The translations under genes and the position numbers were made by a program. Positions 1 through 9,301 of a stretch of DNA of 40,739 nucleotides are shown one piece after another; within the stretch, counting starts at the first letter, position 1; each line of letters begins with the position of its first letter. Under the pieces are notes generated by a model. The model saw only the letters and a program-made list of their open reading frames with translations, ran no database searches and had not been told where the DNA came from. Origin of the DNA: a bacterium. Lineage in GTDB: Bacteria > UBA8248. The stretch covers positions 1 through 40,739 of the forward strand of contig CAXXHI010000004.1 in assembly GCA_963692865.2 (NCBI GenBank). The letters are read 5' to 3'.

Positions 1-1
1 A

Positions 2-484
2 GAGTCTCTACGAGACGATACGTGGACTTTCATCGGTGTTGTGATGACACCAGATATTGTGTTTTGGCGTTTCGGCGCTTCACGCGAGCGCTATCTAGGC
101 GGTATACGGAATACATTTCAGCGTCTCTGGATGCGCGGATGGGTCCTTGATCGCGGTCCAGGTTCAGACGGGCGCTGGGATTTACTCTACGAGTTGACCG
201 AGGATGCTCTCGTCCAGATTACCGAGCGGCCCAGCATAGGGGGCGACCCGATTCTCGCCCGGGCAATCGCCGAGGCATGGGTCCGTGCTGCGATGCGCTA
301 TGGCAAAGGTCGGATGGAACCGATCATGCGGCACGCAGTACTTCGCATCAGAATCCAGAATGAGATCAGGAGTATGTCCAGCCTCTCACAGGCTGAACTT
401 GCAAAAATGCTCGACGCCTTCTTTGACGTTGCTGAGGAAACAATAACAGCGTCGCTTCAGGAAGAAGCTCACCGAAATCCATAG
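2..484 (+). CDS. 3' part of a DUF6339-like hypothetical protein (5'-truncated by the window edge); family usually found in restriction/defence loci
   Basis: Frame is open from base 2 (ESLRDDTWTFIGVVMTPDIVFWRFG...RERYLGGIRNTFQRLWMRG...EDALVQITERPSIG). The W..PD.V.WRF / RN.FQRLW.R / ERP pattern is recalled from DUF6339 proteins; composition is less GC-rich than the backbone. Confidence 0.6.
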   Translation, partial: ESLRDDTWTFIGVVMTPDIVFWRFGASRERYLGGIRNTFQRLWMRGWVLDRGPGSDGRWDLLYELTEDALVQITERPSIGGDPILARAIAEAWVRAAMRYGKGRMEPIMRHAVLRIRIQNEIRSMSSLSQAELAKMLDAFFDVAEETITASLQEEAHRNP

Positions 485-533
485 CCTACTGTTTGAGTCG
501 ACTCAGGATCAGGAAATTTTTTCAGCAGAGGAA

Positions 534-1028
534 TCATGAAATCGTGCTGGTGAGCGCGCCCGGCGGCAGGGGGCCTTCCGCGGGATGCCTGTCGAAATCG
601 CCCTTGCACGTCACGGAGCGCTCGCCCCGGATGTTCAGGGTGGCGAGGGCGTTCACTTGGCCCGCGTTGGGGATGCCGACGATCATGCCGTACTGTTGCT
701 CGACCTCGGGGTCGGACGCGGTGGCCTCCATGCGCCCGAACTCCAGCGGCGGGCCAGCGTATTTCTCCAGATCGGGCAGGTGGTTGGCGGCCTTCACGGT
801 TTCGGTCGGGAACTCGATCGGCGCGCCGCCGCGCACGACGCCCCTGGCTTCGGGAACGGGCGCGCCGTCTTCGGTGACGAGCATGCTGGCGACGCCGTTG
901 TACGCGCGGACGCGCGCGAGGTAGCCCTCGACCACCTCTACGCAAGTCGTACGGCCCGCGCGAATCGCCGCGTGCAGGTATTCGATGGACGCTTCCTCCA
1001 GACGGAACGCCCCGGACTTATCCTCCAT
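534..1028 (-). pseudogene. N-terminal fragment of an amidase-signature family protein, truncated at about 553
   Basis: Begins like an amidase (FRLEEASIEYLHAAIRAGRTTCVEVVEGYLARVRAYNG) with an AAGGA RBS, but stops after 164 aa (PLPPGA then unrelated LTSTIS*), before the GGSS signature and Ser-cisSer-Lys triad. Confidence 0.7.
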
Positions 1029-1260
1029 GACGCATCCTTTCGTGTTGTGCCGTGTTCCTGCTCCCCTGTGGGTGGGGGAGCGTTTCCGGTTTCAGACGAT
1101 GCGGGAATACTAGGGGTGAGGCCCGGTTTTGGCAACGGCGGGAGGCCGAACGAGAGAAAGAACCGGAGACCTCCGGTATCGCGTCGGTTCGTCGCGCGCA
1201 TTTGCCCGTATTTTTCGCTTGCGCCGATTCCGCTTGGCCGACCGAGGAGGGAGGAAATGA

Positions 1261-1355
1261 ATGCTTATCGGCAATCCAAAAGGTATCATTGAAACCCGAT
1301 AATTATCGAGGGTCTTTGGCGCGATGGGAATCATCGAGAAAACGGCATCAGTATG
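1261..1355 (+). pseudogene. Possible decayed 5' remnant of an alanine dehydrogenase (ald)-like gene
   Basis: Strong GGAGG RBS at 1250-1254, then ATG 1261 MLIGNPK..., shifting frame to KPDNYRGSL; resembles the Ald N-terminus MxIGVPKEIKPDEYRVxL. Short and frameshifted. Confidence 0.3.
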
Positions 1356-1393
1356 ACTGCGCGCGCCATTGGAGGCGCCTTTTTCCCTCCCTC

Positions 1394-1422
1394 TTGACAT
1401 TCAGGCGCGGGGAGTGCATAAA
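1394..1422 (+). promoter_or_regulatory. Putative sigma70 promoter for rhlE
   Basis: TTGACA (1394-1399), 17-nt spacer, CATAAA (1417-1422); implies a ~170-nt 5' leader. Confidence 0.5.
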
Positions 1423-1599
1423 CCCCCTCGACATTTCTCGTGATCACGCGTTGTGTTTCCTGGTGATCGGAAGCGCCTCTCATCCCGAGTTCTATCCATT
1501 TACCCTCCGTCTTCTCCAGATGCGTGTGGAAAGCGGTACCAGCCACGCATACGTCCGCCTAAAGGGGCGGCGAATACTGGCAGAAGGAAGTTCGATTAC

Positions 1600-3060
1600 A
1601 TGCTTCAAAGTTCATTCACCGCTCTCGGCGTGGCCGAGCCACTCCTACGCGCCCTTCGCGCGGAGAACTACGCCCACCCGACCCCAATTCAGGAACAGTC
1701 TATTCCGCAACTCCTCGCCGGAAAGGATCTGCTCGGCATCGCCCAGACCGGCACGGGAAAAACCGCCGCCTTCGCCCTGCCCATCTTGCAGCATCTTTCC
1801 GCCGGCCGGCCGGGCGAGTATAGAACCCCCGGCGGCAAAGGAGATCGTGGCGAAAGAAACCGCCGACGACCCGCCCCGCGCGCCCTCATTCTTGCGCCCA
1901 CGCGTGAACTCGCCATCCAGATTGGGGAGAGCTTCCGCGCCTACGGGCGGCGCCTGCCGTTGCGCCACACTGTCATCCTGGGCGGCGTGAGCCAGCATTC
2001 TCAGGTTCGCGCGCTCTCTGGCGGGGTGGACATCCTCGTAGCCACACCCGGGCGTCTGCTGGATCTGAAAGAGCAGGGCCACGTCCGCCTTGATCAGATA
2101 TCCCACCTCGTCCTGGACGAGGCCGATCTAATGCTCGATATGGGCTTTCTGCGCGATGTGCGGAAGATCATGGTCTCCCTGCCTGAAAAGCGGCAGACGA
2201 TGCTTTTTTCGGCAACCATGCCATCCGACGTCGCGCGCCTGGCCAGAGACATACTGAACGATCCCGTCCGGGTCGAGGTCTCCCCGAGAATTATCACCGT
2301 CGAGAAGGTCGACCAGCGGGTTTTCTTTACCGACACGCCGAACAAGCGATCGCTGCTGACGCACCTTCTCAAGGACGCCGACATGAGCCGCGTGCTCGTA
2401 TTCATGCGCACGAAGCGAGGGGCCAACCGCCTCGCCGAGCAGCTCGAAAAAGCAGGTTTTTCGACAGAGGCCATACACGGCAACAAGACCCAGAACGCTC
2501 GTCAGAGCGCCCTCGAGAAATTCCGGAACGGGCGCGCCCGTCTTCTCGTCGCCACCGACGTTGCTGCGCGCGGCATCGACATCTCCGGCGTCAGCCACGT
2601 CATCAACTATGAGCTTCCCAACATCCCCGAGAGCTACGTCCACCGTGTCGGGAGAACCGCACGGGCGGGCGCCGAAGGAATCGCATTCTCATTCTGCGAC
2701 CCCTCAGAGCGGACCTTTCTCCGCGACATCGAGCGGGTAACGAAACAGCCCATATCCATCGTCGAAAACCACCCCCATCAAAGCGCCACTGCGCCCGGAG
2801 GGCAGAAGCGGTCCAAACCGTCCGCCTCCGGGCGGGCAGCGTCCAAGCGCCGTGGCGCATCGGGCGGCAGCCGTCGATCCGCATCAAATGGAAACGTACC
2901 CGAACAGCAGACCCCGCCAGACGTGCCGGCTTCGAATGGGTCGAAACCCGAATATCCGGGTTTTTCCGGGAAGCGGACCGCTCCTGGTGGACCCGTAGCC
3001 GGCGCACCCAGGAGGCGCCGAAAGCGAAGATCCCGGAACCGTGTTTCAGCGGTGAGGTAG
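1600..3060 (+). CDS. rhlE: ATP-dependent DEAD-box RNA helicase, RhlE-like
   Basis: Q motif (F..LG...PTPIQ), AQTGTGKT, PTRELAIQI, TPGRLLD, LDEAD, SAT, ARGIDI and HRVGRTARAG, plus a basic disordered C-tail. ATG 1600 follows AGAAGGAAG. Confidence 0.95.
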   Translation: MLQSSFTALGVAEPLLRALRAENYAHPTPIQEQSIPQLLAGKDLLGIAQTGTGKTAAFALPILQHLSAGRPGEYRTPGGKGDRGERNRRRPAPRALILAPTRELAIQIGESFRAYGRRLPLRHTVILGGVSQHSQVRALSGGVDILVATPGRLLDLKEQGHVRLDQISHLVLDEADLMLDMGFLRDVRKIMVSLPEKRQTMLFSATMPSDVARLARDILNDPVRVEVSPRIITVEKVDQRVFFTDTPNKRSLLTHLLKDADMSRVLVFMRTKRGANRLAEQLEKAGFSTEAIHGNKTQNARQSALEKFRNGRARLLVATDVAARGIDISGVSHVINYELPNIPESYVHRVGRTARAGAEGIAFSFCDPSERTFLRDIERVTKQPISIVENHPHQSATAPGGQKRSKPSASGRAASKRRGASGGSRRSASNGNVPEQQTPPDVPASNGSKPEYPGFSGKRTAPGGPVAGAPRRRRKRRSRNRVSAVR

Positions 3061-3108
3061 CTCCCGCCCCCAAAATCCACAGGGAAATACCGAAGCGATT
3101 CATCGAAC

Positions 3109-3146
3109 GGGAAATATACGCTTGGCCAGTCAAGCGTATATTTCCC
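3109..3146. terminator. Perfect 16-bp inverted repeat (6-nt spacer) downstream of rhlE; possible terminator or protein-binding site
   Basis: GGGAAATATACGCTTG-gccagt-CAAGCGTATATTTCCC; no clear U-tract follows. Confidence 0.45.
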
Positions 3147-3379
3147 ATGATGAGGCCCGACTTTCTCCCTTATGGTCCTTGCAAATGTCGGCAATACCCC
3201 TTAATCGCCCGTAGTTGTTCATCAACTTTTGGCATCAGTCGGCGGTGGGTATAGTGGAAATAAGCCACTTGAGCGGAATAAGTGAAAAATTCGATAAATA
3301 TGCAACGTTCATCGAAAAATGAAAGAAAATGTGCGATGCTCCGATTACAGGAAAAAGAAACGAAATAAAGGGGTAAGGG

Positions 3380-5033
3380 TTGAAAGGCAACGATAAACCG
3401 GACCTCGACGTCCTCATCGTCGGCGCGGGCGTCGCCGGCCTTTTCATGCTCCACAGGCTGCGCACGCGCGGTTTCAGGGCGCGCGTCTACGAGGCGGGCG
3501 GCGACGTGGGCGGCACCTGGTACTGGAACCGCTACCCGGGCGCGCGATGCGACACGGAGAGCGTCCAGTACTCCTACCAGTTCTCAGAAGAACTCCAGCA
3601 GGAATGGGAGTGGAGCGAGCGCTACGCCGCCCAGCCCGAGATTCTCAGCTATATCGAGCACGTGGCCGAGCGCTTCGATTTGAGAAGGGACGTCGTGTTC
3701 AACACGCGAATCGTCTCCGCCGTATTCGATGAGGAGGCGAGCCGCTGGGTCGTCGAGACGGACGGCGGCGAGCGGGTCTCGGCCGGCTTCTGCGTGATGG
3801 CCACCGGGTGCCTCTCCTCGCCCAATTTTCCCGCCTTCGAGGGGCTGGACGGCTTCGGCGGCCCCGTCTACCACACCGGACTCTGGCCGCACGAAAAGGT
3901 GGACTTCTCGGGCAAGCGCGTGGGCGTCATCGGCACGGGGTCGTCCGCGATGCAGTCGATTCCGATCATCGCGCGCGAGGCGGACGAAGTGTTCGTCTTC
4001 CAACGAACGGCGCACTACGCGGTGCCCGCGCACAACGGCCCCCTCGGCGAGGAGCGCGAGCGCGAGGTGAAGGCGAACTACCCGCAAATCCGGGCGAGAG
4101 CCAAGAAGTCGGCCACGGGATTCGATCAGACCTTCGGCGAGCAGGAGGCCCTGAAGGTCGGCGAAGAAGAACGCGAGCGCGAATTCGAGAAACGCTGGGC
4201 GCACGGGGGTCTGCCCTTCCTCTCCGCCTTCACGGATTTGCGCTACAGCGAGGAGGCGAACCGGACGGCGGGCGAATTCGTCCGCAACAAGATTCGCTCG
4301 GTCGTGAAGGATCCGAAAACCGCGGAACTGCTTTGCCCCACGACGGTCATCGGATGCAAGCGCCTCTGCGTCGTTACGGAGTATTACGAGGCTTACAACC
4401 GCCCGAACGTGCGCCTGGTCGACGTGAGCGAATCGCCCATCGAGAAGATAACGCCAGAGGGGGTGATGACGGGGGGGCCAAGTGTATGACATCGACACCC
4501 TCATCCTGGCGACGGGGTTCGACGCCATGACGGGGACCCTGCTCAGGATCGACATCAGAGGGCGCGACGGACGCACCCTGCAGGACAAGTGGAGAGAAGG
4601 CCCCCGCACCTATCTCGGCCTCATGACGGCCGGATTCCCGAACATGTTCACCATCACCGGTCCGGGGAGCCCCTCGGTGCTGACGAACATGCAGACCTCC
4701 ATCGACCATCACGTCGAGTGGATAGGCGCGTGCCTCGCGTATCTGCGCGAAAACGGGATGAAGTCCATCGAGGCTTCGGTGGAGGCGGAAGACGCCTGGG
4801 TGGCGCACAACAACGAGGAGACCGCCAAGACGATTCGCTACAAGTGCGCCTCCTGGTATCTGGGGGCGAACGTACCGGGCAAGCCGCGCGTGTTCATGCC
4901 CTACATCGCCGGGTTCGACGTGTATTCGAAAAAATGCGCGAAAATCGTGGAGGCGGGATACGAGGGCTTTCATTTGATGCCGAACGAAATCGAGCAAGAG
5001 GATGCCACAATCGGGCATTCTGCGAATTCATGA
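3380..5033 (+). CDS. Type I Baeyer-Villiger monooxygenase (cyclohexanone/phenylacetone monooxygenase family), split by a +1 frameshift at G7 4471-4477
   Basis: GAGVAG, GGTWYWNRYPGARCD, BVMO fingerprint FGGPVYHTGLWP and GTGSS in ORF 3380-4489; ATGFDAMTG and SWYLGANVPGKPR in ORF 4482-5033. Removing one G gives a continuous ...VMTGGQVYDIDTLILATGF. Confidence 0.9.
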
Positions 5034-5121
5034 CCGCACGACTTACATTCTTGATGATGGATATGAAATAGGATGAACGTATTACCAATACATACATGGC
5101 ACTTATGAATAGGACCTCTGC

Positions 5122-6216
5122 ATGGCGGAAGTAGTCGTAAAGGACTTGGTGAAACGCTTCGGTACGGAAACCCTGGCGGTGGATAACGTCAGCTTCACCG
5201 TGGGAGAGGGTGAATTCGTGACCCTGCTGGGTCCGAGCGGGTGCGGGAAGACGACGACGCTTCGCTGCATTGCAGGACTCGAAACCCCTGATGAGGGAGA
5301 CATCCTCATCGCGGACGAAGTGTTCACTTCGAGCCGCAACGGAGTTTGCCTGCCGCCCGAGAAGCGCCGCCTCGGCATGGTGTTTCAGTCTTACGCCATA
5401 TGGCCCCACATGTCGGTTTCAGAGAACGTCGCTTACGGCATTCAGGCCCAGGGGGCGAGTCGCGCTGAAGTGAACGAAAAGGTCGTCAATGCGCTCGAAC
5501 TCGTCGGCTTGAGCGGTCTGGGCGAAAGAAACGCCACGAAACTCTCCGGAGGACAACAGCAGCGGGTATCCCTCGCCCGCGCGTTGGCCTACAACCCGCG
5601 CGTTCTTCTTTTCGATGAGCCGCTGAGCAACCTCGATGCGAAGCTGCGTGAACGCATGCGGGTCGAATTGGCCAACCTGATCAAGGAACTCAAACTGACG
5701 GCCATTTACGTCACTCACGATCAGGCCGAAGCCATGGTGATGAGCGATCGGATCATCGTCATGAGAGACGGAAGGATACAACAGGAAGGGGACCCGCACG
5801 CCACATACAACGAGCCGGCCAACAGTTTCGTCGCCGATTTCATCGGCGTGACGAACATTCTCGAAGGCAAAGCGGCTGAAAGAGACGACAGTAAAGGCCT
5901 TTGGGTGGAAGTCCCGTCCCTGGAATCGAAAATCCTCTGCGCGAAAGGGATCGAGCGCGATATTCCGGTCGGATCCGATCTGCTGGTCACCGTTCGGCCC
6001 GAATACATCGAATTCGCAGATGACGGGCCGAACGACAACAACGTTTTGAAGGGCCAGGTAAGCGATGCCGTTTATCTGGGGCAATCCTGGGATTGCCTGG
6101 TTCAATCGGGCAGTCTGGAATTGAGGGTGCACGTTCGTGGCGATGCGGAGATTCTGGTTGGTCAGCCCGTAACCATGAGCATATCTCCCTCAAGGTGCGT
6201 GGTGTTGCGTGATTGA
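5122..6216 (+). CDS. ABC transporter ATP-binding protein (FbpC/PotA-like, C-terminal TOBE domain)
   Basis: GPSGCGKTT, LSGGQQQR, LLFDEPLSNLD and YVTHDQ motifs. Confidence 0.95.
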   Translation: MAEVVVKDLVKRFGTETLAVDNVSFTVGEGEFVTLLGPSGCGKTTTLRCIAGLETPDEGDILIADEVFTSSRNGVCLPPEKRRLGMVFQSYAIWPHMSVSENVAYGIQAQGASRAEVNEKVVNALELVGLSGLGERNATKLSGGQQQRVSLARALAYNPRVLLFDEPLSNLDAKLRERMRVELANLIKELKLTAIYVTHDQAEAMVMSDRIIVMRDGRIQQEGDPHATYNEPANSFVADFIGVTNILEGKAAERDDSKGLWVEVPSLESKILCAKGIERDIPVGSDLLVTVRPEYIEFADDGPNDNNVLKGQVSDAVYLGQSWDCLVQSGSLELRVHVRGDAEILVGQPVTMSISPSRCVVLRD

Positions 6217-6288
6217 AGGGAGGGCATACCGAATGCTTTCCTGCGCGGAACCGGTTTTTTCTTTACTATTTCCTTGGGAGAAATGTTG

Positions 6289-7431
6289 ATGAAAACAAGA
6301 TTGATTTGCACACTTGGAGTGGCGGTATTACTGGCATATACGTTCACGCTGGGCGGTCCCGCCCACGCTGCAGAGGCGCCCATCCTGAAAGAACTCAAAG
6401 GCGCGGAAAAAGCCCGCGTGGCAAAATTGATTGAAGGCGCCAGAAAAGAAGGCAATTTCTCCTGGGCCACGAACCTTGCTCCCGTGAAAGCGGCCAAAGC
6501 GATGGAAAAGGCCTTCAAGAAACTCTACGGACTGCCGAAGGTGAAATTCCGTTTCGCCAACAGGCGCTCCGGTACGCTCATCAAGCGTTTCGAGCAGGAG
6601 ATCAAGGCCAACAAGCTTTCCGTGGATGTGGTCGTGCTGGCTGCGGCCTCCTGGCTGCACTCGATGAAGCGGCGCGGGCATTTGATGAAATACGTCTCGC
6701 CGGAAGACAAGCATTACAACCTGGCGGAAAAAGCGAACATGAACGGTGACGGCTACTGGGTGTCCGATGGGCAAATCAACACGATGGCCGTCAACCGAGA
6801 TTTGGCGGGCAACGTCAAGCTGACGAGTTGGTACGATTTGCTGAGACCCGAGTTCAAGGGCAAGGTGCTGGTCGGCGATGCGAGGCCCTCCGAGACGTAC
6901 ACGCTTTGGTACAAGGGACTTCGCGAGCGGCTGCCAAAGAGCTACTTTCAGAAATTAAGCGCCGCAGGCGCCGGCGTGATGGCGAGAGGCTCCGCGCAGA
7001 GACGCTCCCTCATGGCGGGGGAATACTGGCTCGGAACGACGATTATGGCCAGGCACAACTGGATTGCGAAGAAAGCCGGTGTGAAGATGGACCCCATCTA
7101 CCCCAAAGAAGGCGTAGTCGCGCTTCCCATCGGTTCCGTGATCATGGCGAAAGCGAAAAACCCCAACATGGCGAAGCTGTTCGTCGATTACTGGCGGAGC
7201 GTAAGAGGCCACCACATGCTCCTCAACTATAATCCGCTCAATTCCGGCAGGCCGCTGCCGCCGCACAAGGATGAGAAGATCAACAAGCTCATCCTGGCGA
7301 AAGACGGCATCGCGCCGCCCATCGACAAGATCAACGTCATCCCGACCGACTGGAGCAAAATCACGCCCTCGGACGTGAAGAAATGGAAGGCGGAATTCAT
7401 CGAAGTGTTCGGATCGGGGACGAAGAAATAG
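6289..7431 (+). CDS. ABC transporter substrate-binding protein (Fe3+/thiamine/AfuA-like class)
   Basis: Signal peptide ending AHA-AEA; SWYDLL.PEFKGKV, IYPKEGVV and AKNPNMAKLFVDY motifs; lies between the ATPase and permease. GGAG RBS 8 nt before ATG 6289. Confidence 0.88.
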   Translation: MKTRLICTLGVAVLLAYTFTLGGPAHAAEAPILKELKGAEKARVAKLIEGARKEGNFSWATNLAPVKAAKAMEKAFKKLYGLPKVKFRFANRRSGTLIKRFEQEIKANKLSVDVVVLAAASWLHSMKRRGHLMKYVSPEDKHYNLAEKANMNGDGYWVSDGQINTMAVNRDLAGNVKLTSWYDLLRPEFKGKVLVGDARPSETYTLWYKGLRERLPKSYFQKLSAAGAGVMARGSAQRRSLMAGEYWLGTTIMARHNWIAKKAGVKMDPIYPKEGVVALPIGSVIMAKAKNPNMAKLFVDYWRSVRGHHMLLNYNPLNSGRPLPPHKDEKINKLILAKDGIAPPIDKINVIPTDWSKITPSDVKKWKAEFIEVFGSGTKK

Positions 7432-7459
7432 CGATGCGTAATACCCGAGGGGTCAGGCA

Positions 7460-9220
7460 TTGAGCAACGTATCAAAAACGGAGTTGGAGGCCCGAGGCGC
7501 CGGAGCGAAACCGGCCGCTTCGGCCTCCGCTCCCGCGGGGCGTTTTTTCAACTCTGAAAACACGCTGAAACTGGGTTCCCTCGGTCTGCTCACCGTTCTC
7601 GCCATCCTGCCGGTATCCGTGTTTCTCTACAGCGCGTTCGTGACCCACCCCGAATCCGGAAAGTCCATATTCACGTTCACGAACTTCACGAAGACCTTTT
7701 CCACTTCCGAAGTGTTCGACGCTTCGCTGAATACCCTGATCATTGCGTTGGGAACATCGGTATTCTCTTGTCTGACGGGCGTTTCGCTCGCCTGGTTCCA
7801 TGCGCGGACCGATATGCCTTTCCGGAGGATTCTGGAGGCGTTGACCCTGATCCCCTTCTTTCTGTCTTCCTTCCTGGGGGCCGTCGCCTGGTGGGCGCTG
7901 GCCGCCCCGAGGACGGGCATGTTGAACCGCTGGATGATCGATCTCTTCGGGTTGTCGGCCCCGCCTTTCAATATCTATTCGATGACCGGGATCGTCATGG
8001 TGATGGCGCTGTTTTATACGCCCTACATGTATCTGTTTACGATAGGCTCCCTGAATCGGATGGACCCGGCCCTCGAGGAGTCCGCGCGGGTATGCGGGAC
8101 CGGCGTTTTGCGTACGGCCCTGAGGGTGACGATTCCGCTTTCCACGCCTGCGATGCTCTCCGGAGCGATCATCGTTTTCGTGGTGAGCATGGGTGTTTTC
8201 GGCGTGCCAAGCCTGCTGGGGCCTATCGCGAGAATATCGACGCTCTCGACGATCATTTATACGAAGATGGAGGAATACCCCCTGGACATCGGCGGGGCGG
8301 CGGCGCTGGGAAGCGTCCTGATGGTGTTTACCGCGCTGGGACTCTATATCCAGAGAAAGATTATCGCGCCGAGAAGTTACGTGACCGTGACGGGGAAAGG
8401 CTACCGCCCCAGCCGCGTTTCTTTGGGACACTGGAAATACGTCGCGCTCGCTTTCAATTGTTTTTACGTTCTTCTGGCGGTCATCCTCCCGCTGGGAGCG
8501 CTCATGCTGGCGTCGTTCAACCGCGCCTGGCTGGGCGGATTCCGCTGGAGCCAACTTTCCATCTACAACTGGGCGTATGTTTTGTTTGAATACGAGTACG
8601 CCGTCCGCGCCACCAAGAACAGTCTCATCCTCGGGTTGGTGGGAGGGTTCATCACGGTGGTGCTGTGCACGTTCCTCTCCATGGTGATTCTCAGGGGCAG
8701 GAACAAGAAGCTCAGCGGCGCGGTCGATTACCTGAGCACCCTGCCTATCGGCGTGCCGGGCCTCATCATGGGCATGGCTTTTCTCATCACTTGGATCAAG
8801 ACGCCGCTTTATGCGTTGCCCATGCTATTGCTCATGATGGCGTATATGACGCGCTATCTGCCCTATGGTCTCAGAACAATATCTTCGGTGCTCCAATCGC
8901 TGAGCTCCGAACTCGAAGAAAGCGCCAGAATCTGCGGCTCCTCGTTCGTCGCCACGATAAAGAAGATCACGGTGCCGCTCTTGAGGCCGGGCATCTTTGC
9001 GGCTTATCTGATGTTGTTCATCATGTTCATCAGGGAATTGCCGGTGTCGGTGCTCCTGGCGACGGAAGACAGCGCTCCCATGGCGGTGGCGCTCTACATC
9101 TTGCAGGAAAACGAGGCTTTGGGCGTCGTGGCGGCGTTCGCTCTCGTTCAGACTGCGCTCCTCCTGCTGGGAACGATTGTCTTCAGGAAACTCGGAAGCA
9201 TGGAAGAGCTCTCGGTCTAA
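7460..9220 (+). CDS. ABC transporter fused two-domain permease (FbpB/ThiP type)
   Basis: About 12 hydrophobic segments and two EAA-like motifs (LEESARVCG, LEESARICG). Confidence 0.93.
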   Translation: MSNVSKTELEARGAGAKPAASASAPAGRFFNSENTLKLGSLGLLTVLAILPVSVFLYSAFVTHPESGKSIFTFTNFTKTFSTSEVFDASLNTLIIALGTSVFSCLTGVSLAWFHARTDMPFRRILEALTLIPFFLSSFLGAVAWWALAAPRTGMLNRWMIDLFGLSAPPFNIYSMTGIVMVMALFYTPYMYLFTIGSLNRMDPALEESARVCGTGVLRTALRVTIPLSTPAMLSGAIIVFVVSMGVFGVPSLLGPIARISTLSTIIYTKMEEYPLDIGGAAALGSVLMVFTALGLYIQRKIIAPRSYVTVTGKGYRPSRVSLGHWKYVALAFNCFYVLLAVILPLGALMLASFNRAWLGGFRWSQLSIYNWAYVLFEYEYAVRATKNSLILGLVGGFITVVLCTFLSMVILRGRNKKLSGAVDYLSTLPIGVPGLIMGMAFLITWIKTPLYALPMLLLMMAYMTRYLPYGLRTISSVLQSLSSELEESARICGSSFVATIKKITVPLLRPGIFAAYLMLFIMFIRELPVSVLLATEDSAPMAVALYILQENEALGVVAAFALVQTALLLLGTIVFRKLGSMEELSV

Positions 9221-9301
9221 TAAAGAGAACGAGACTCGGAGACAGAAAGGCGCCTGGAGCGCATGGGTTTCGGAATCCACCACCCGAGGGAGGGAGACCG
9301 A

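Noticed and set aside
3170-3235. 21-aa minus-strand ORF (MPKVDEQLRAIKGYCRHLQGP)
   Set aside because: No convincing RBS or homology; too short to support.
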